DNA from: Malacoraja senta
Taxonomy: Eukaryota
Assembly (NCBI GenBank): GCA_038087875.1
Contig: CM075990.1
Coordinates: forward strand, 13,456,001 to 13,520,000
Length of the DNA stretch: 64,000 nt
Reading direction: 5' to 3'
Shown here: one piece after another, positions 38,252-51,904 of the stretch
Numbering within the stretch: position 1 is the first letter of the stretch
Layout: each line of letters opens with the position of its first letter
Notes under the pieces: generated by a model
Told to the model about the DNA's origin: nothing
The model's database searches: none
The model's input: the letters and a program-made list of their open reading frames with translations, nothing else
Position numbers and translations under genes: made by a program

Positions 38252-39217
38252 CTGTAAACTGTAATTTCCAGGTTCAGGAACAGCTACTTCCCTACAGCCA
38301 TCAGGCTATTAAACACAACAACGAATAAGCTCTGAGCTCTGAACTGCAAAAGACTTTATTATTATTGCACTATATTTGTTATTTATTGAACTTTTTCTTT
38401 TTTCTCTCTCCTCCCGTTATGTACTATGTTTACATATTCACATATTCTGTTGTGCTGCAGCAAGTAAGAATTTCATTGTCCCATCCGGGACATATGACAA
38501 TAAAACACTCTTGACTCTTGAGGAAGAATTTCTTGAGCAAGAGGGTGGTGAATCTGTTGAATACATCGCCAGCTGTGGAGACCGAGACGTCGGGCATTTT
38601 CAAAGGGGAGATTGATAGATTTTGCATTAAGAAGGGTGTCACAGATTGCAAGGAGAAGGCAGGAGAATGGGATTGAGTGGGAAAAATAGATCAGCCATGA
38701 TGGAAAAATGGAGTAGACGATGGGCTGAATGGCCTAATTCTACTCTTATGTCTTATGGTTGTATGGTCTAAACCTAGTTAGTGATGTGTCACTGCCACGT
38801 TGTCCCTTTGGGCAGCACTCTCTTCCGTAAGTTGAAGCCCCACTCTAGAAACAAGCAAATAAAGAAGGCTAGCACTTGTCACAGTGCTGTATTCTTCAAA
38901 GTACTGTCTTTAGGATGGAACATTATACAAATAAAGGTTTGCTTTTTCGGTGAAAGTAAAAGATCTTTCCCCTCTCACCTTAAACCTAAGTCCTCTGGTT
39001 CTTCAATCCACTACTCTGGATAAAAGACTGTGCACTCACCGTGAAGTTCAATTTTTTGCAGTAATTGTCAAAGAAGAAGTGGACAGTGAGAAAGGATGTT
39101 CCAGTGTGCAACTGGATCTAGATCAGTTTTGAAATCGGGCCAAGGAAAAACGAATGGATGTCTGGTTTGTCAAATCAGGGCAGATCTTTGGTATGCAAAA
39201 AACTACGACATGACTTA

Positions 39218-39887
39218 AGGGACTGTCCCACTTACGTGTCCTTGGTCGCGTTGAGGTGCAAGGGCATCGTATGGCCATGCGGGGCCGGTCCCACTTAGAA
39301 GCGCGGAGGGGTATGTAGTTGTGCTGACATCGCGCGGGGCTCCGAAATTTTTGTAGCGAACGAAATCTTCGCGCGCCAACGGCCTGTCGCGGAACTGAGG
39401 GCCAAAGTGGGACAGGCCCAAGACCCTGGCGCAAAGCAACGTCTCAGCTCCAACAGCAGCAGAAGCAGGCAAACGATAGCCGAGCTCGGCCTGGGGCTCA
39501 CGGCCGTTGCGGTCCGGATCCGCCCCCACTCCTACTCCCAGAGCGGGGCCAAGAAAATTGAAGATGGACACAAAATGCAGGAGTAACTCAGCGGGACCGG
39601 CAGCATCTCTGGAGAGAAGCAATGGGTGACGTTTTGGGTCAAGACCCTTCTTTTCAGACTGAAGAAGAGTCTCGACACGAAACGTCACCCATTGCTTCTT
39701 TCCGGAGATGCTGCCGGTCCCGCTGAGTTACTCCAGCTTTGTGTCCATCTTCAAATGACATCAAGCGCTCCAGACGGCTGTGCGTACGCATGAAATCGCG
39801 CGCGACCTTAGCAGGACCGTCGCGGCTCAACGCGACCATGAGGACGCGTAATTTGCGTGCCATGGACACGTAATTGGGACAGACCCT
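39218..39887. mobile_element. PIF/Harbinger-type MITE containing a Penelope-derived hairpin
   Basis: TIRs AGGGACTGTCCCACTTACGTGTCC and GGACACGTAATTGGGACAGACCCT, with TTA on both flanks. GC-rich body; hairpin at 39558-39753. Confidence 0.75.
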
Positions 39888-40734
39888 TTACACAGTGAAT
39901 GGCAGAACATTGGAGCGTATTGCAAAACAGAGAGTTCATCTGATATCACCTTCTGGACCAGTTTACCATGTGGGATCTTGTCAAAATCCTTGTTAAACAA
40001 TGTATACCACTTTGTGCCCATCAATCTTCTTGGTCACCTCTTCAGAAACTCAATTACATTCTTGAAATACGATTTCCCAAACACAAAGCCAGAGTGAACA
40101 TACCCAATCAGTCATTGCCATTCCAAATGCAGATAGATTTTGTCTCTCAGAATTCCCTTCAGTAACCTGCCCACTGTAATGTTAGGCCTCATGACCCGTA
40201 GCTCCCTGTCATGGCCTCGCAACCCTTTTTAAATAAAGGCACAATATTAGCCAAGACAGAATCTTTTTCCCAGGTTCGCAATTTCAAATACTGGGAAGGT
40301 ATAAGTTTACACTGAGAGGGAGAAAGATTTAAGGAGAAGGGTATGGCAAGTTTATTTTTAAGAGGCAGAAGGTGATTGGTTTCTGCCATATGGTACCAGG
40401 AGAGATTATAGAAGCAGATATAATAACTGTCTGAGTAACAACTCACCCATTCCTTCTCTCCAGAGATGCTGCCTGTCCCGCTGAGTTACTCCAGCTTTTT
40501 GTGTCTGCCTTCAGATATAATAAACGTTGTTTAAGAGCCATTTAGACAGACAGGCAGAGATTAGAGGGATATGGAGCGTGTTGATATAGGTGGGATTGGT
40601 TTAGATTGGTATCATGATGGCATAAAATGTTGGGCTGAAGGGCCTTGTTCATGTGCTTTACTATAGTATGTACTAAGGTTTATGTTCTAAAACTGCATCC
40701 ATGTTTACTGGTGATAAGAATTTGAAGTGTCTTT

Positions 40735-41915
40735 GATAAGCCTTTGATAAGGTCCCGCATGGGAGACTGGTGACTAAAATTAGAGCACATGGTATTGGGG
40801 GTAGGGTGTTGACGGATAGAAAATTGGTTGGCAGACCGGAAGCAAAGAGTAGGAGTGAACGGGTCCTTTTCAGAATGGCAGGCAGTGGCGAGTGGAGTGC
40901 CGCAAGGCTCGGTGTTGGGGCCGCAACTGTTTACCATATATATTAATGTTTTGGAAGAGGGAATTAGGAGCAACACTAGCAAGTTTGCGGATGACACAAA
41001 GCTGGGTGGCAGTGTGAGCTGTGAAGAGGATGTTAGGAGGTTGCAGGGTGACCTGGACAGGTTGAGTGAGTGGGCAGATGCATGGCAGATGCAGTATAAT
41101 ATAGATAAATGTGAGGTTATCCTCTTTGGCGGCAAAAACAAGGGGGCAGATTATTATCTCAATGGGGTTAGGTTAGGTAAGGGGGAGGAGCAGCGAGACC
41201 TGGGTGTCCTTCTACACCGGTCACTGAAAGTTGGCTTACAGGTACAGCAGGCAGTGAAGAAAGCTAATGGAATGTTGGCCTTCAAAACAAGAGGATTTCA
41301 GTATAGGAGTAAAGAGGTTCTTTTGCAGTTGTATAGGGCTCTGGTGAGACCACATCTGGAGTATTGTGTACAGTTTTGGTCTCCTAATTTGAGGAAGGAC
41401 ATCCTTGTGATTGAGGCAGTGCAGCGTAGGTTCACGAGATTGATCCCTGGGATGGAGGGACTGTCATATGAGGAAAGATTGAAAAGACTAGGCTTGTATT
41501 CACTGGAGTTTAGAAGGATGAGGGGGGATCTTATAGAAACATATAAAATTATAAAAGGACTGGACAAGCTAGATGCAGGAAAAATGTTCCCAATGTTGGG
41601 CGAGTCCAGAACCAGGGGCCACAGTCTTAGAATAAAGGGGTGGTCATTTAAGACTGAGGTGAGAAAAAACTTTTTCACCCAGAGAGTTGTGAATTTATGG
41701 AATTCCTTGCCACAGAGGGCAGTGGAGGCCAAGTCACTGGATGGATTTAAGAGAGAGTTAGATAGAGCTCTAGGGGCTAGTGGAGTCAAGGGATATGGGG
41801 AGAAGGCAGGCACGGGTTATTGATAGGGGACAATCAGCCATGATCACAATGAATGGCGGTGCTGTCTCGAATGGCCGAATGGCCTCCTCCTGCACCTATT
41901 TTCTATGTTTCTATG
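40735..41915 (+). mobile_element. CR1-clade LINE, 5'-truncated young copy (RT C-terminal half open)
   Basis: ORF 40828-41823: SGVPQGSVLGP...KFADDTKL...LYRALVRPHLEYCVQFWSP...FFTQRVVNLWNSLP. 3' UTR hairpin and TTCTATGT tail. Confidence 0.95.
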
Positions 41916-41984
41916 AAGCTGAGTGGCACTGAGTTGCAGCCTGAAATAGCACGAGTATATGTCCACCAGACTTTTGTCATAGAC

Positions 41985-42156
41985 AGACAGCATCTCTGTT
42001 TCGAAGGAATGGATGACGTTTAGGGTCGAGACTCTGAAGAAGGGTCTCAACCTGAAACCTCGCCCATTCCTTATAACCAGAGATGCTGCCTGTGCCGCTG
42101 AGTTACTCCAGCTTTTGTGTCTATCTTCGGTGTCAACCAGCATCTGCAGTTCCTTA
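41985..42156 (+). mobile_element. Penelope-derived hairpin element
   Basis: CTGAAGAAGGGTCTCAACCTGAAAC plus the family tail ending CATCTGCAGTTCCTT. Confidence 0.75.
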
Positions 42157-43214
42157 CTAGACTTTTGTAATAACTGTTTTTGGAGAGTTTCCAAAGCATA
42201 ATTTTCATCTGAGAGCTCTTGCATATTTGGACTGCATTGCTCAACTTATTAGATGGCAAACATCGAATACAATTTGCTGGTGCTGCAGTTATACTTTTTC
42301 ACTGCATCAAACTAATGTATCAATAAAGGTCCCATTTTTACTTTGATGATTTGTTATGTTTTTTTTCAGAAAAGCTTTTAAATATTTTTATTTCCTGTGG
42401 GTATAAGCAATAAGAAGGCAGGCACTTTGTGGTAATTTTAATTTCTGACTGTCAGCTGGCCTTATTTGCCGGACTCCAGGGACATAGGCCAGAAGTTTGT
42501 AGGAGGTTTGGCTCAGATTCTCAGTCAATACTCCAGTTCCAGAGGATTGTTCAGGATGCAGACTACAGATTAGATCATAAACTGAAGCCCTGATTACCTA
42601 TTCAGGTATTTAGGAGAAAGTAACTGCGCAGTCATCTTAATTTTACTCTCCCATTGTACCAGTCCTCCCATTCCAAGGATTGGTTCGAACACCCTCTGTG
42701 AAAGTTGGTTCTTACACCCTCTGTGAAAGTTTCCCCACGAGACCACATTCATGATTTGTCAAGCCCCAGCAAACCTTCAATCTACTAATTACTTTCAGTG
42801 GTAAAAGTTGACATTGACTTTCATTCCCTTGAATACTTTTTTCTAAAAATCTATAAAGTGCCTTGAAAACTTGCCTCCTTTCCGCCACCACTATTGGGCT
42901 GTTATCTTTCGTTGCAGTATTTGTGAAAAAAACAGGGGGTTGTATAACATTTTTCTTTTAATCAATATCACCAAAGCGTAAATCAATGATCTTACCGATG
43001 TTAGTGAAATCTTTCTGTGCGCCAAACATGGTTGGTACATAGCAACTGTCACTGTACAGCAGTTGTAGTCTCAATGTTCATGCATTATTTGATCAGGTGG
43101 TGAATGAATGTCAATTATCCATGGCCTGCTTCCTTAAAATTCCTGCTCCTGAAACGACCTCAGAAACAAATTTTTGGTAATAAAAAAAGGCGAGTTTGAA
43201 ATTTTGTGTCAGAG

Positions 43215-43680
43215 TTGTGCGTTACCTCTCTGATACCTGCGTCCAGGATGTCTCTGAGCGGCTGTAGAACCTTCTCAAGAGTGAGTGTGAGCAGCCAGAA
43301 ATCGTTGTGCACATTGGCACAAATGACGTAGGAAAAGGGGTGAGGTCTTGCGAAGCGAATATAGACAGTTAGGCAGAAGAGTAAAACGTAGGAGCTCAAG
43401 GATAGTAATCTCTAGATTACTCCCGGTGCCCCGTGCTAGTGAGGGTCGGAATAGGAAGATAGGATAGGTGAAAGCATGACTCAGCAGTTAGTGCAAGGGG
43501 CAGGGATTCCGATTTTTAGACCATCGGGATCGCTTCTGGGGCAGAGGTGATTTAAAAAAAGAGGGACAGGTTGCATCTGAACTGGAGGGAAACCAATATT
43601 CTTGCAGGGAGGTTTGCTAGTGCTACTCAGGAGGGTTTCTCAGGAGAGGCACGGGAGTTGGAACCAGAGTAGTAGGTCAG
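43215..43680 (+). mobile_element. CR1 ORF1 (SGNH esterase-like) remnant
   Basis: Degenerate VQDVSERL...QPEIVVHIGTNDV...LLPVPRA motifs. Confidence 0.7.
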
Positions 43681-44713
43681 AAGGAGGCATTGCTCATTAT
43701 TGTTCAACACACCAATATTACTCAGCGCTTGCCAACCTTTTCTTCAGCACAACCCCATCTAATCACTTGATTTCTATTGCAACCCGAAATGATGTAGCCA
43801 ACATGACATAGATATATGACACAATATCTGCTCATGGGCGTCATGCTGTTGACACAAGATTGATGTAAAAACTCAGTATTGCAGCGCAGAAGTGGGATCT
43901 TCAGCCCAACAGGACCATGCCAAGGTTTTTGCCCATCTATAATAATCTCATTTACCTGCATTACGCCCATCTTTTAAACTCATACCATGAGGAAAAGATT
44001 CTGATTAGTCTATTTATATAATTGTATCTACCACTATCAGCTCACCTCTCAGTCTCCTTTGCACGAGGAAAACACCCCAACCTATCATAGCTCTCCCAAT
44101 AACTAAATTCCTTCCAACAAGGCAGCATCCTAGTGAATCTCCTCTGCTCTCTCTTCAGAGCAACCCCGTCTTTTAGTGTGGTCTAACCAGTGTTTTGTAA
44201 AGTGGCCACGTAACATCCCAACTTCCATATTCAGTTTCCTATCATATTAATAATCATATCCCTACTATACAAAGACAAGAAAGTCATATGTTTTCTTCAC
44301 TACCTGTAAACCTGACATTAATCTATGTTGAATAATTAAATACTGCTGTGTTGATTGCATCAAAAGCACGAAAGGATAGGTTTAGGGTGAGAGGAAGGAG
44401 GAGAGGTATGATGCGGGGTTTTACAGTGAAATTTCTTTACACAGAGAATGAATTGGAGCTCGCAACCAAAGAAGGTGGTGGAGTAGGGCACAGTCAAGAG
44501 ACATTTAGACAGATACTTAAAAAGGCAAGGCATAGAAGGATTTGGACTTTATGTGGGGGAAATGAGATTAGCGTAGATGAACTAAAAGATTGGCATACTA
44601 TTCTACACTAAATTATTTACCTTGGCAAATGGAAAAATATTATCCGATGCTTTTAACTCGTGTTGAGTCACCTCCTCAAGGTTGGGAAGCCTTCAAATTT
44701 GTCTAATGTGCAG

Positions 44714-45025
44714 TTTAGTTTAGTTTAGAGATAGAGCGCGGAAACAGGCCCTTCGACTCCGCACCGATCAGGGATCCCTGCGCATTAACACTACCCTACA
44801 CACACTAGGGACAATTTTACACTTACGCCAAGCCAATTAACCTACATACCTGTATGTCTTTGTAGTGTGGGAGGAAACCAAAGATCTTGGAGAAAACCCA
44901 CGCAGTCATGGGGAGCACGTACAAACTCCAGCCCGTCAGCACCCGTGGTCGGGATCGAATCCGGGTCTCCGGCGCTGCAAGCGCTGTAAGGCAGTAACTC
45001 TACTGCTGCGCCACCGTGCCGCCCT
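44714..45025 (-). mobile_element. tRNA-derived V-SINE (HE1-like)
   Basis: Full-length reverse copy of the same family. Confidence 0.8.
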
Positions 45026-45447
45026 AATTATCCAATTATCCAATTGCAGATCCAATTGTCTTTTGAAAAACACCAATCTTTCAGCTACGTCACACCGGAT
45101 CTTAACAAGAATTATTTTTCTTTATATTATCAGCATGGGAAAATACAGAAAATGGAGAATGGGTCTACTGCAATTGAAATATTTTGGGTGCCTGAATTTA
45201 ATTTTCCAATTTTCCTTAGTTGTGATTGGAACACCTATTGCATGCTTGCAAATGTATATATTTATTGTTTGTTATACTTTCTTGTAAGAGCTGACGTTTA
45301 CAATAGAGAAAGGCCATTCAAGATCTTAAACTTGATAAAACTTTGAACTCTGACATGTATCATCATACTAACTTGCCTGGATTCTGTAAAGTATAACAAT
45401 GCTTTCCTTGCATGAGATGCTAATTTTAACTTGTTTTCTTTTAATAG

Positions 45448-45575
45448 TTATTATGACTCATATGGAGAGTTTGGTCATTACTCAATCTGGGTACACAGCA
45501 CTTCAAGCGATGAATTAATAAGCAACCTCTTGTGCAGCTACATCACAGACCAAGCACCTGTCAATAGCTATATAC
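45448..45575 (+). CDS. HGSNAT: HGSNAT-like coding exon 4
   Basis: ttttaatag|T TAT TAT GAC...; YYDSYGEFGHYSIWVHSTSSDELISNLLCSYITDQAPVNSYI-C|GTGAGT vs human LEYRFGEFGNYSLLV...IACDLAVNEDPVDSNLP. Confidence 0.9.
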
Positions 45576-46761
45576 GTGAGTATGCGTAGAAGTGCAGCAA
45601 CGCACATGCCAAGCAATGACTTGGAGTTCATTAGGTTCGGTCAAAGTTGATAAAATATATAAGTATTCTCTCACCCCTCATCTGAAAGATTCGTGGAATA
45701 TTCTTATGTTCCAAAGTGCTACCTACATATCTAGGCCTAGTTCATAATCTTTTTCCTAAGTGTTCAGAGCCTTGTTTTGCACATGAGTTGATTTTATCCA
45801 TGTTAAGATCAAATGCTGAGAATGACTACAATTTTACTCTTGCACTTTGCACAAAGTGGAAACTAGTATTTTAATCAACTTGGTCTTGGTCTTCACACGT
45901 GTGATGTTCAAGCATAGGAACGAAAGGAAATTGAAAATTGAACTTGAATTACCATTCCCTGCTGTCATGAACTATGTTTCGGCTTTGTGGAGAATCTGCA
46001 GCTTTCCTTACTTCTGGCATCCAGAGCCACATGTTGTGAACCATTTGAGAGCAGTCTAATCTCCATTTATATCTCTGTCATTTCCCATGTGCATCATTTA
46101 ACCAAATCTAAGTCCTCATATTTTTAGCTGAACTAAAAGCTGCCTTACCAATGCCCCACCGTGCTGACATTTTTAAATACAGTATGCTCATTGGGTTGCA
46201 AAATTCTTGGCGTGTCTGTTCTTCTTAACTCCCGCAGCTTTTGTTAAGCAATCATTCTCTCTAATATTTCAAAATTCATGTTACAAATGTGTTAGTTCCA
46301 TGCACAGTATGACCCCCACGACCTTTTCATTTGTTTTATGTGTAAATAATTCTAAAGTAGGTGTTCAGAGCTCATATTTCAAATGGCCTCAGTCTTTTTA
46401 TGGTCTCTGTCTTGAGATGGAAGTTCAGTGAACTTTATTTATGAATGTTGGAGAATAACTTACGTTGTATTCTAATTGGAGGATAAATTAAAATGGGTGA
46501 TATTGAGGAGGAAGAGCCTGCTGTGGGTTTGTAAGATGTGTCCCTATACAATTTAAAGTTTTAATTTTGTATAATTTTTGGTTAATAATGATTACATTTA
46601 CAATGATGATGGAAGAACAATACATATGATACCCATATTGTTTTATTATCAGGGATTACTTTCGGTAACTGGTGAATAAGTAGGGATGAGAATTTTGAAC
46701 CTGTTAATACCATAAAGCCCCAGTTAATTGAACTTTCAGTTTGCCTAAAACTTGCTTTAAT

Positions 46762-47195
46762 GCGGCACAATGGCGCCATGATGTACTGTGGTGTTTTTTT
46801 AATTTAATTTATTCCGATTATGTGTTTATTTTTGTTTTGTTGTGATTCTATGCATTGTAAGGTGTCCTTGGGTTTTAGAAAGGCGCCAGTAAATAAAATG
46901 ATTATTATTATTATTATTATTATGATAGAGTTGCTGCTTTACAGTGCCAGAAACCCGGATTAGATCCTGAATACGGGTGCTGTCTGTATGGAGTTTGTAC
47001 GGTCTCCCTGTGACCACATGGGTTTTCTCCGGGTGCTCCGGTTTTCTCCTACATTCCAAAGACGTGCTGGTTTGTAGGTAAATTGGCTTCTGTAAGTTGT
47101 CTCCAGTGTGTGTAGGATAGTGTATGCAAGTGATTGTTGGTTGGTGTGGACCCAGCGGGCTGAAGGACTTGTTTCTATGCTGTATCTCTAAACTG
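46762..47195 (+). mobile_element. V-SINE with a short L2-type 3' end (ATT tail) inserted in its tRNA head
   Basis: The insert at ~46784-46921 ends TGTAAGGTGTCCTTGGG...GAAAGGCGCC...TAAATAAAATG(ATT)n. ATGAT is duplicated at the junctions. Confidence 0.65.
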
Positions 47196-48284
47196 AGCTG
47201 ATTTTATTTCTCAGAAATATTACAGCTAATTTTTGTGGATTTATATATTGTCATCTATTTTATGGATGTATGAGATATCTTTAACAGTCGTACTATCATC
47301 CTCAAATATATGTAAGAGTGACAACGATAACACAGTCAGCTAGTGAGTTGGGGTTGGGCAAGGCTTTGGACAAATGGTCTATTGGAAAAGAGAATTTACT
47401 TAAAGAGAGAAGTAAACACAAGTTAAGAATGAACGACAGCAACTTCTCTTAATAAATGCAAGAGATAATTTTGCTGAATAAATGTTGTGATGGGAGAATG
47501 GTCACGTACAGGTCTAATGCAAAGAATCAATCTCGGCCATGCACAGTGAAGCTGCCAGACTTGCTTGCTGGGAATAATTACCCAATTATTTCCACTCCGA
47601 TTGAAAATATTATTCACATTCTGGGCAGTGAGTAAGTGCTGCACGGGAACACTTGCTACTGTGAGAAGCAAAAAAGTGCAGATGTTGGAAGTCTAAAATA
47701 AGAGATTAGAGATTCCTTTATTTGTCATTCAGACCTTTCGGTCTGAACGAAATTTCGTTGCCTGCAGTCATACATATAATAATAAATAACAAAACACACA
47801 ATAAACACAAATTAACATCCACCACAGTGAGTTCACCAAACACCTCCTCACTGTGATGGAGGCAAAAGTCTTAAAGTCTGTCTCTAAATAACAAGAAAAT
47901 GCAGAAAATACTTAACAGTGTAAGCAGACAGTAAAGAGAGAAGACAAAAAAAAATGTTTCGTTGGTTTGTGGAATTAATGAGGTCTCCACAGATGTTGCC
48001 TGACCTGCTAAGATAATTTGCAGGATTTTCTGTTTTTATTTCAACTTCTGCTCATGTTAAATAATCCGGGCCTATTTGTATGGGATTTATACCTGATCAT
48101 CCTTCAGTGCATCCATGCGTAAGAAACCCATCTTTCGGATTATCTATTTTGTATGGTGTATTGTAGATATATTGAAATCTTTGTGTCCTTGTATTTGTTA
48201 TGATTCCCTTTGATTTTGTAGAGGGATCTTGTGCTCTGTCAATAATTTCCTGATTGTGGCAAAACAAGTAAATAGAGTTTAAAA

Positions 48285-48905
48285 AAAAGGCATATGGTAT
48301 TCTTCCTTTCATAGGTCAGGGCATTGATTACTGTATAAGAGTCCGGAAGTCATGATGCAGTTTTATAGGATTTTGGTTAGGTTGCATTTAGACTATTGCG
48401 CGCAATTCTGGTCGCCCCATTACAGGAGGGGTTCGAAGCTTTGGAAAGGGTGCAGAAGAGGTTTACCAGAATGATGCCTGGATTAGGGGTATTAGCTACA
48501 AGGAGAGGTAGGACAGATTTGGATTATTAGGTTGCGGGGAGGTCTGATAGAAGTCTGTAAAATCACGAGAGGCATAAATAGGGTAGACAGTCAGAACCTT
48601 TTTCCCAGGATGGAAAAATCATATACTTGACGGCATAGCTTTAAGGTGAGAGGGGCAAAGTTTCAAGGAGATGTGCGGGGCAAGATTTTTACACAGGGGT
48701 TGTGAGTGCCTGAAACATGCTGCTGGGATTTGTGGTTGCAGCAGGTATGACAGAGGCCATCAAGAAACTTTTGCACAGGCCTATGAATATGCAGGTATAT
48801 AGATTATAGTAGGTAGATAAGAGATGGTCTTGGCATAATGTGTGGCCACAGACATTCTGGGCCAAAGGGCATGTTCCTGCATTGTACTATTCTTTGTTCT
48901 ATGAT
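48285..48905 (+). mobile_element. CR1 LINE 3' fragment (older)
   Basis: Degenerate QFWSPHYR...ERVQKRFTRM.PG and the 3' hairpin. Confidence 0.75.
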
Positions 48906-50840
48906 CTTATACTTTTGCTCTCTCTTTCCCTTGAGATATCTGTTCCTAAATGCTTCAATTATAATTTATCCTGGATATAATTCATCAATTCACCCTCCTC
49001 TTTAGACTTTGAATTACCCATTGCTTTCAGGCAGCTTCTTGGCAGCTCTTCCACACCGAGTACTTATTGGAGGGACTCCATGTGGCAATCTATGACTCGG
49101 TTATCAATGATTTATAAAGGCCAGGACTTCTCCTCATCTTTTGTTGAACACAGAACCAGACTGGTTGTCATTGTTTGCCCAGGAAATGTGTCCTTCAGAG
49201 ATTACACTGATATTATTCATCTCCGGTCTTTGAAATTGACGGCTATTGACACAAAAGGCCAAAACTGATTGATGCAGTCTGTGATGACAATGGGACATGT
49301 TAGCTCTGCTGTGGTAATTGATAACAGGAGCATAGTCCCAGTAATTTAATAACTGGATCTTAGCGTGATATGTTACCTTTGAATCAGCAGATTGATGCGA
49401 GTTGGGACGTAGGAGTACTGAACGAATATGCAATATCTTAATTCATTTAAACCAGATTCCAACAACTTCTGCAGCATCCCACAAAGTGCAAGATGTGAAC
49501 CTGAAAAATAATTGTTTCGATATTATACTCTTTCCTTTGTTTAATCTTCTTAAATCTGCTAGAATCACTAAGCCCTTCTTTGCTTTTATCAACATCAATA
49601 ATCAGTACTTATCTCAGTAATATTTCATAATGGTCTGCATTAATGGGCATTTAGTTAACTGCAAAGTACAATGTAGTTTGTGCTACTTGGGAAATGTATA
49701 CCATACATAAAGGCTGCTGGCAACATTTTGATTCATTCGTGAGATTTGGATATCGCTTTGAAGCCCAGAATTTTTGTCCATCCCTAATTTTCTTATAATT
49801 GAGTGACTTGTGAGGCCATTTCAAAGGTATTCAACGTCAACACTTGCTATAGGCTTGGTGTCATGCAAGTATGACCTGAAAATTACAATAGTAGATGTAA
49901 AGTACATTTATCAACCAGATGTGATTTTATGATATTCTTATAGCTTCATGGGAATCCATACTTGATATCACCTTTTCAACATGAACACAGAAAATGTTGG
50001 AAATAATCAGCAGGTCAGGCCGTATTTGTGGGAAGAGAATCCGAATTAACATCTCAGATAGAAAACACTTTGTTAGTATTGAAACATTAACTCTATTTCC
50101 TTTTCCACAGATGTGGCCTAACCTGCTGAGTATGTCCACTATTTTCTGTTTAGATTTTATATTTCCAGCAACTGCAGATTTATTTTCTAATTTTCATCTT
50201 GTTAATACAGGATTAAATAAATTAACTGGATTCAAACTGTAAAGCTCCTGCAGTAGGATTGGAATTATATTCCAGATCATTGGATTACTAATCCAGTTAC
50301 CATCCTGTAGCGAATAAGCAGTTACTGTGTTAATGCCTTGTGTTGAAATCTATTGAAACACAACTCACATTTCTCATAATGCTGTGGGACATATACGTGC
50401 ATTTTTAACATGTTGTTGCTATTTCCAGTTAACAGTATTTGTAGGTATTTTAAATAACCATGAATGACAAGACCAAAGACCATTTGAAATTGATGAAAGT
50501 ACCAACAATTCAGCAAAAATTGTGTTGAATTGTACCTCATAAGGTTGACCTTAAAGTTTGACTTTTTTAGTTTGTGTCCCCTTTCAGAGGATGATATAGC
50601 TTAGTAGATTTTTTTGTATATACATTGGCTTGCAAAAGTTTTCATACCCCTTGAACTTTCCCACATTTTGTCACGTTACAACCACAAACGTAAATGTATT
50701 TTATTGGGATTTTATGTGATAGACCAACACAAAGTGGTGCATAATTGTGAAGTGGAAGGAAAATGATACATGGTTTTCAAATTTTTTTACAAATAAAAAA
50801 ACGAAAAGTGTCGCGTGCAAAAGTATTCAGCCCCCCTGAG

Positions 50841-51849
50841 TCAATACTTTGTAGAACCACCTTTCGCTGCAATTACAGCTGCAAGTCTTTTGGGGTATGT
50901 CTCTACCAGCTTTGCACATCTAGAGACTGAAATTTTTGCCCATTCTTCTTTGCAAAATAGCTCAAGCTCAGTCAGATTGGATGGAGAGCGTCTGTGAACA
51001 GCAATTTTCAAGTCTTGCCAGAGATTCTCAATTGGATTTAGGTCTGGACTTTGACTGGGCCATTCTAACACATGAATATGCTTTGATCTAAACCATTCCA
51101 TTGTAGCTCTGGCTGTTTGTTTAGGGTCGTTGTCCTGCTGGAAGGTGAACCTCTGCCCCAGTCTCAAGTCTTTTGCAGACTCTAACAGGTTTTCTTCCAA
51201 GATTGCCCTGTTTTTGGCTCCATCCATCTTCCCATCAACTCTGACCAGCTTCCCTGTCCCTGCTGAAGAAAAGCATCCCCACAGCATGATGCTGCCACCA
51301 CCATGTTTCACAGTGGGGATGGTGTGTTCAGGGTGATGTGCAGTGTTAGGTTTCCACCACACATAGCATTTTGCATTTAGGCCAAAAACTTCAATTTTGG
51401 TCTCATCTGACCAGAGCACCTTCCTCCACATGTTTGCTGTGTTCCCCACATGGCTTGTGGCAAACTGCAAACGGGACTTCTTATGGCTTTTTTTCAACAA
51501 TGGCTTTCTTCTTGCCACTCTTCCATAAAGGCCCGATTTATGGAGTGCACGACTAATAGTTGTCCTGTGGACAGATTCTCCCACCTGAGCTGTGGATCTC
51601 TGCAGCTCCTCCAGAGTTACCATGGGCCTCTTGGCTGCTTCTCTGATCAATGCTCTCCTTGCCCGGCCTGTCAGTTTAGGTGGATGGCCATGTCTTGGTA
51701 GGTTTGCAGTTGTGCCATAGTCTTTCCATTTTCGGGTGATGGATTGAACAGTGCTCCGTGAGATGTTCAAAGCTTGGGATATTTGTTTATAACCTAACCC
51801 TGCTTTAAACTTCTCCACAACTTTATCCCTGACCTGTCTGGTGTGTTCC

Positions 51850-51851
<2 letters not shown>
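50841..51851 (-). pseudogene. Tc1 DD34E transposase, open from codon 4 to the stop; ATG (53008) separated by an insertion
   Basis: KEHTRQVRDKVVEKFKAGLGYK...VLWSDETK...FQQDNDPK(34 aa)...SPDLNPIE...AAKGGSTKY. The first codons, ATG AAG CCC AAG GA, lie at 53008-52995. Confidence 0.92.

Positions 51852-51904
<53 letters not shown>

Larger units (their letters stand above)
8397..45575 (+). other. HGSNAT: HGSNAT-like gene (heparan-alpha-glucosaminide N-acetyltransferase family), first four coding exons; probably continues beyond the window
   Basis: Exons 2-4 resemble the luminal N-terminal domain of human HGSNAT (LKMDQALL.IHN...CY / CLFQVL...C / FGEFGNYSL...PVDS.LP), preceded by a signal-peptide exon. 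It may be a paralog rather than the ortholog. Confidence 0.85.

Noticed and set aside
41298..41813. 171-aa minus-strand ORF (also 26234-26548)
   Set aside because: Antisense frame of CR1 ORF2.
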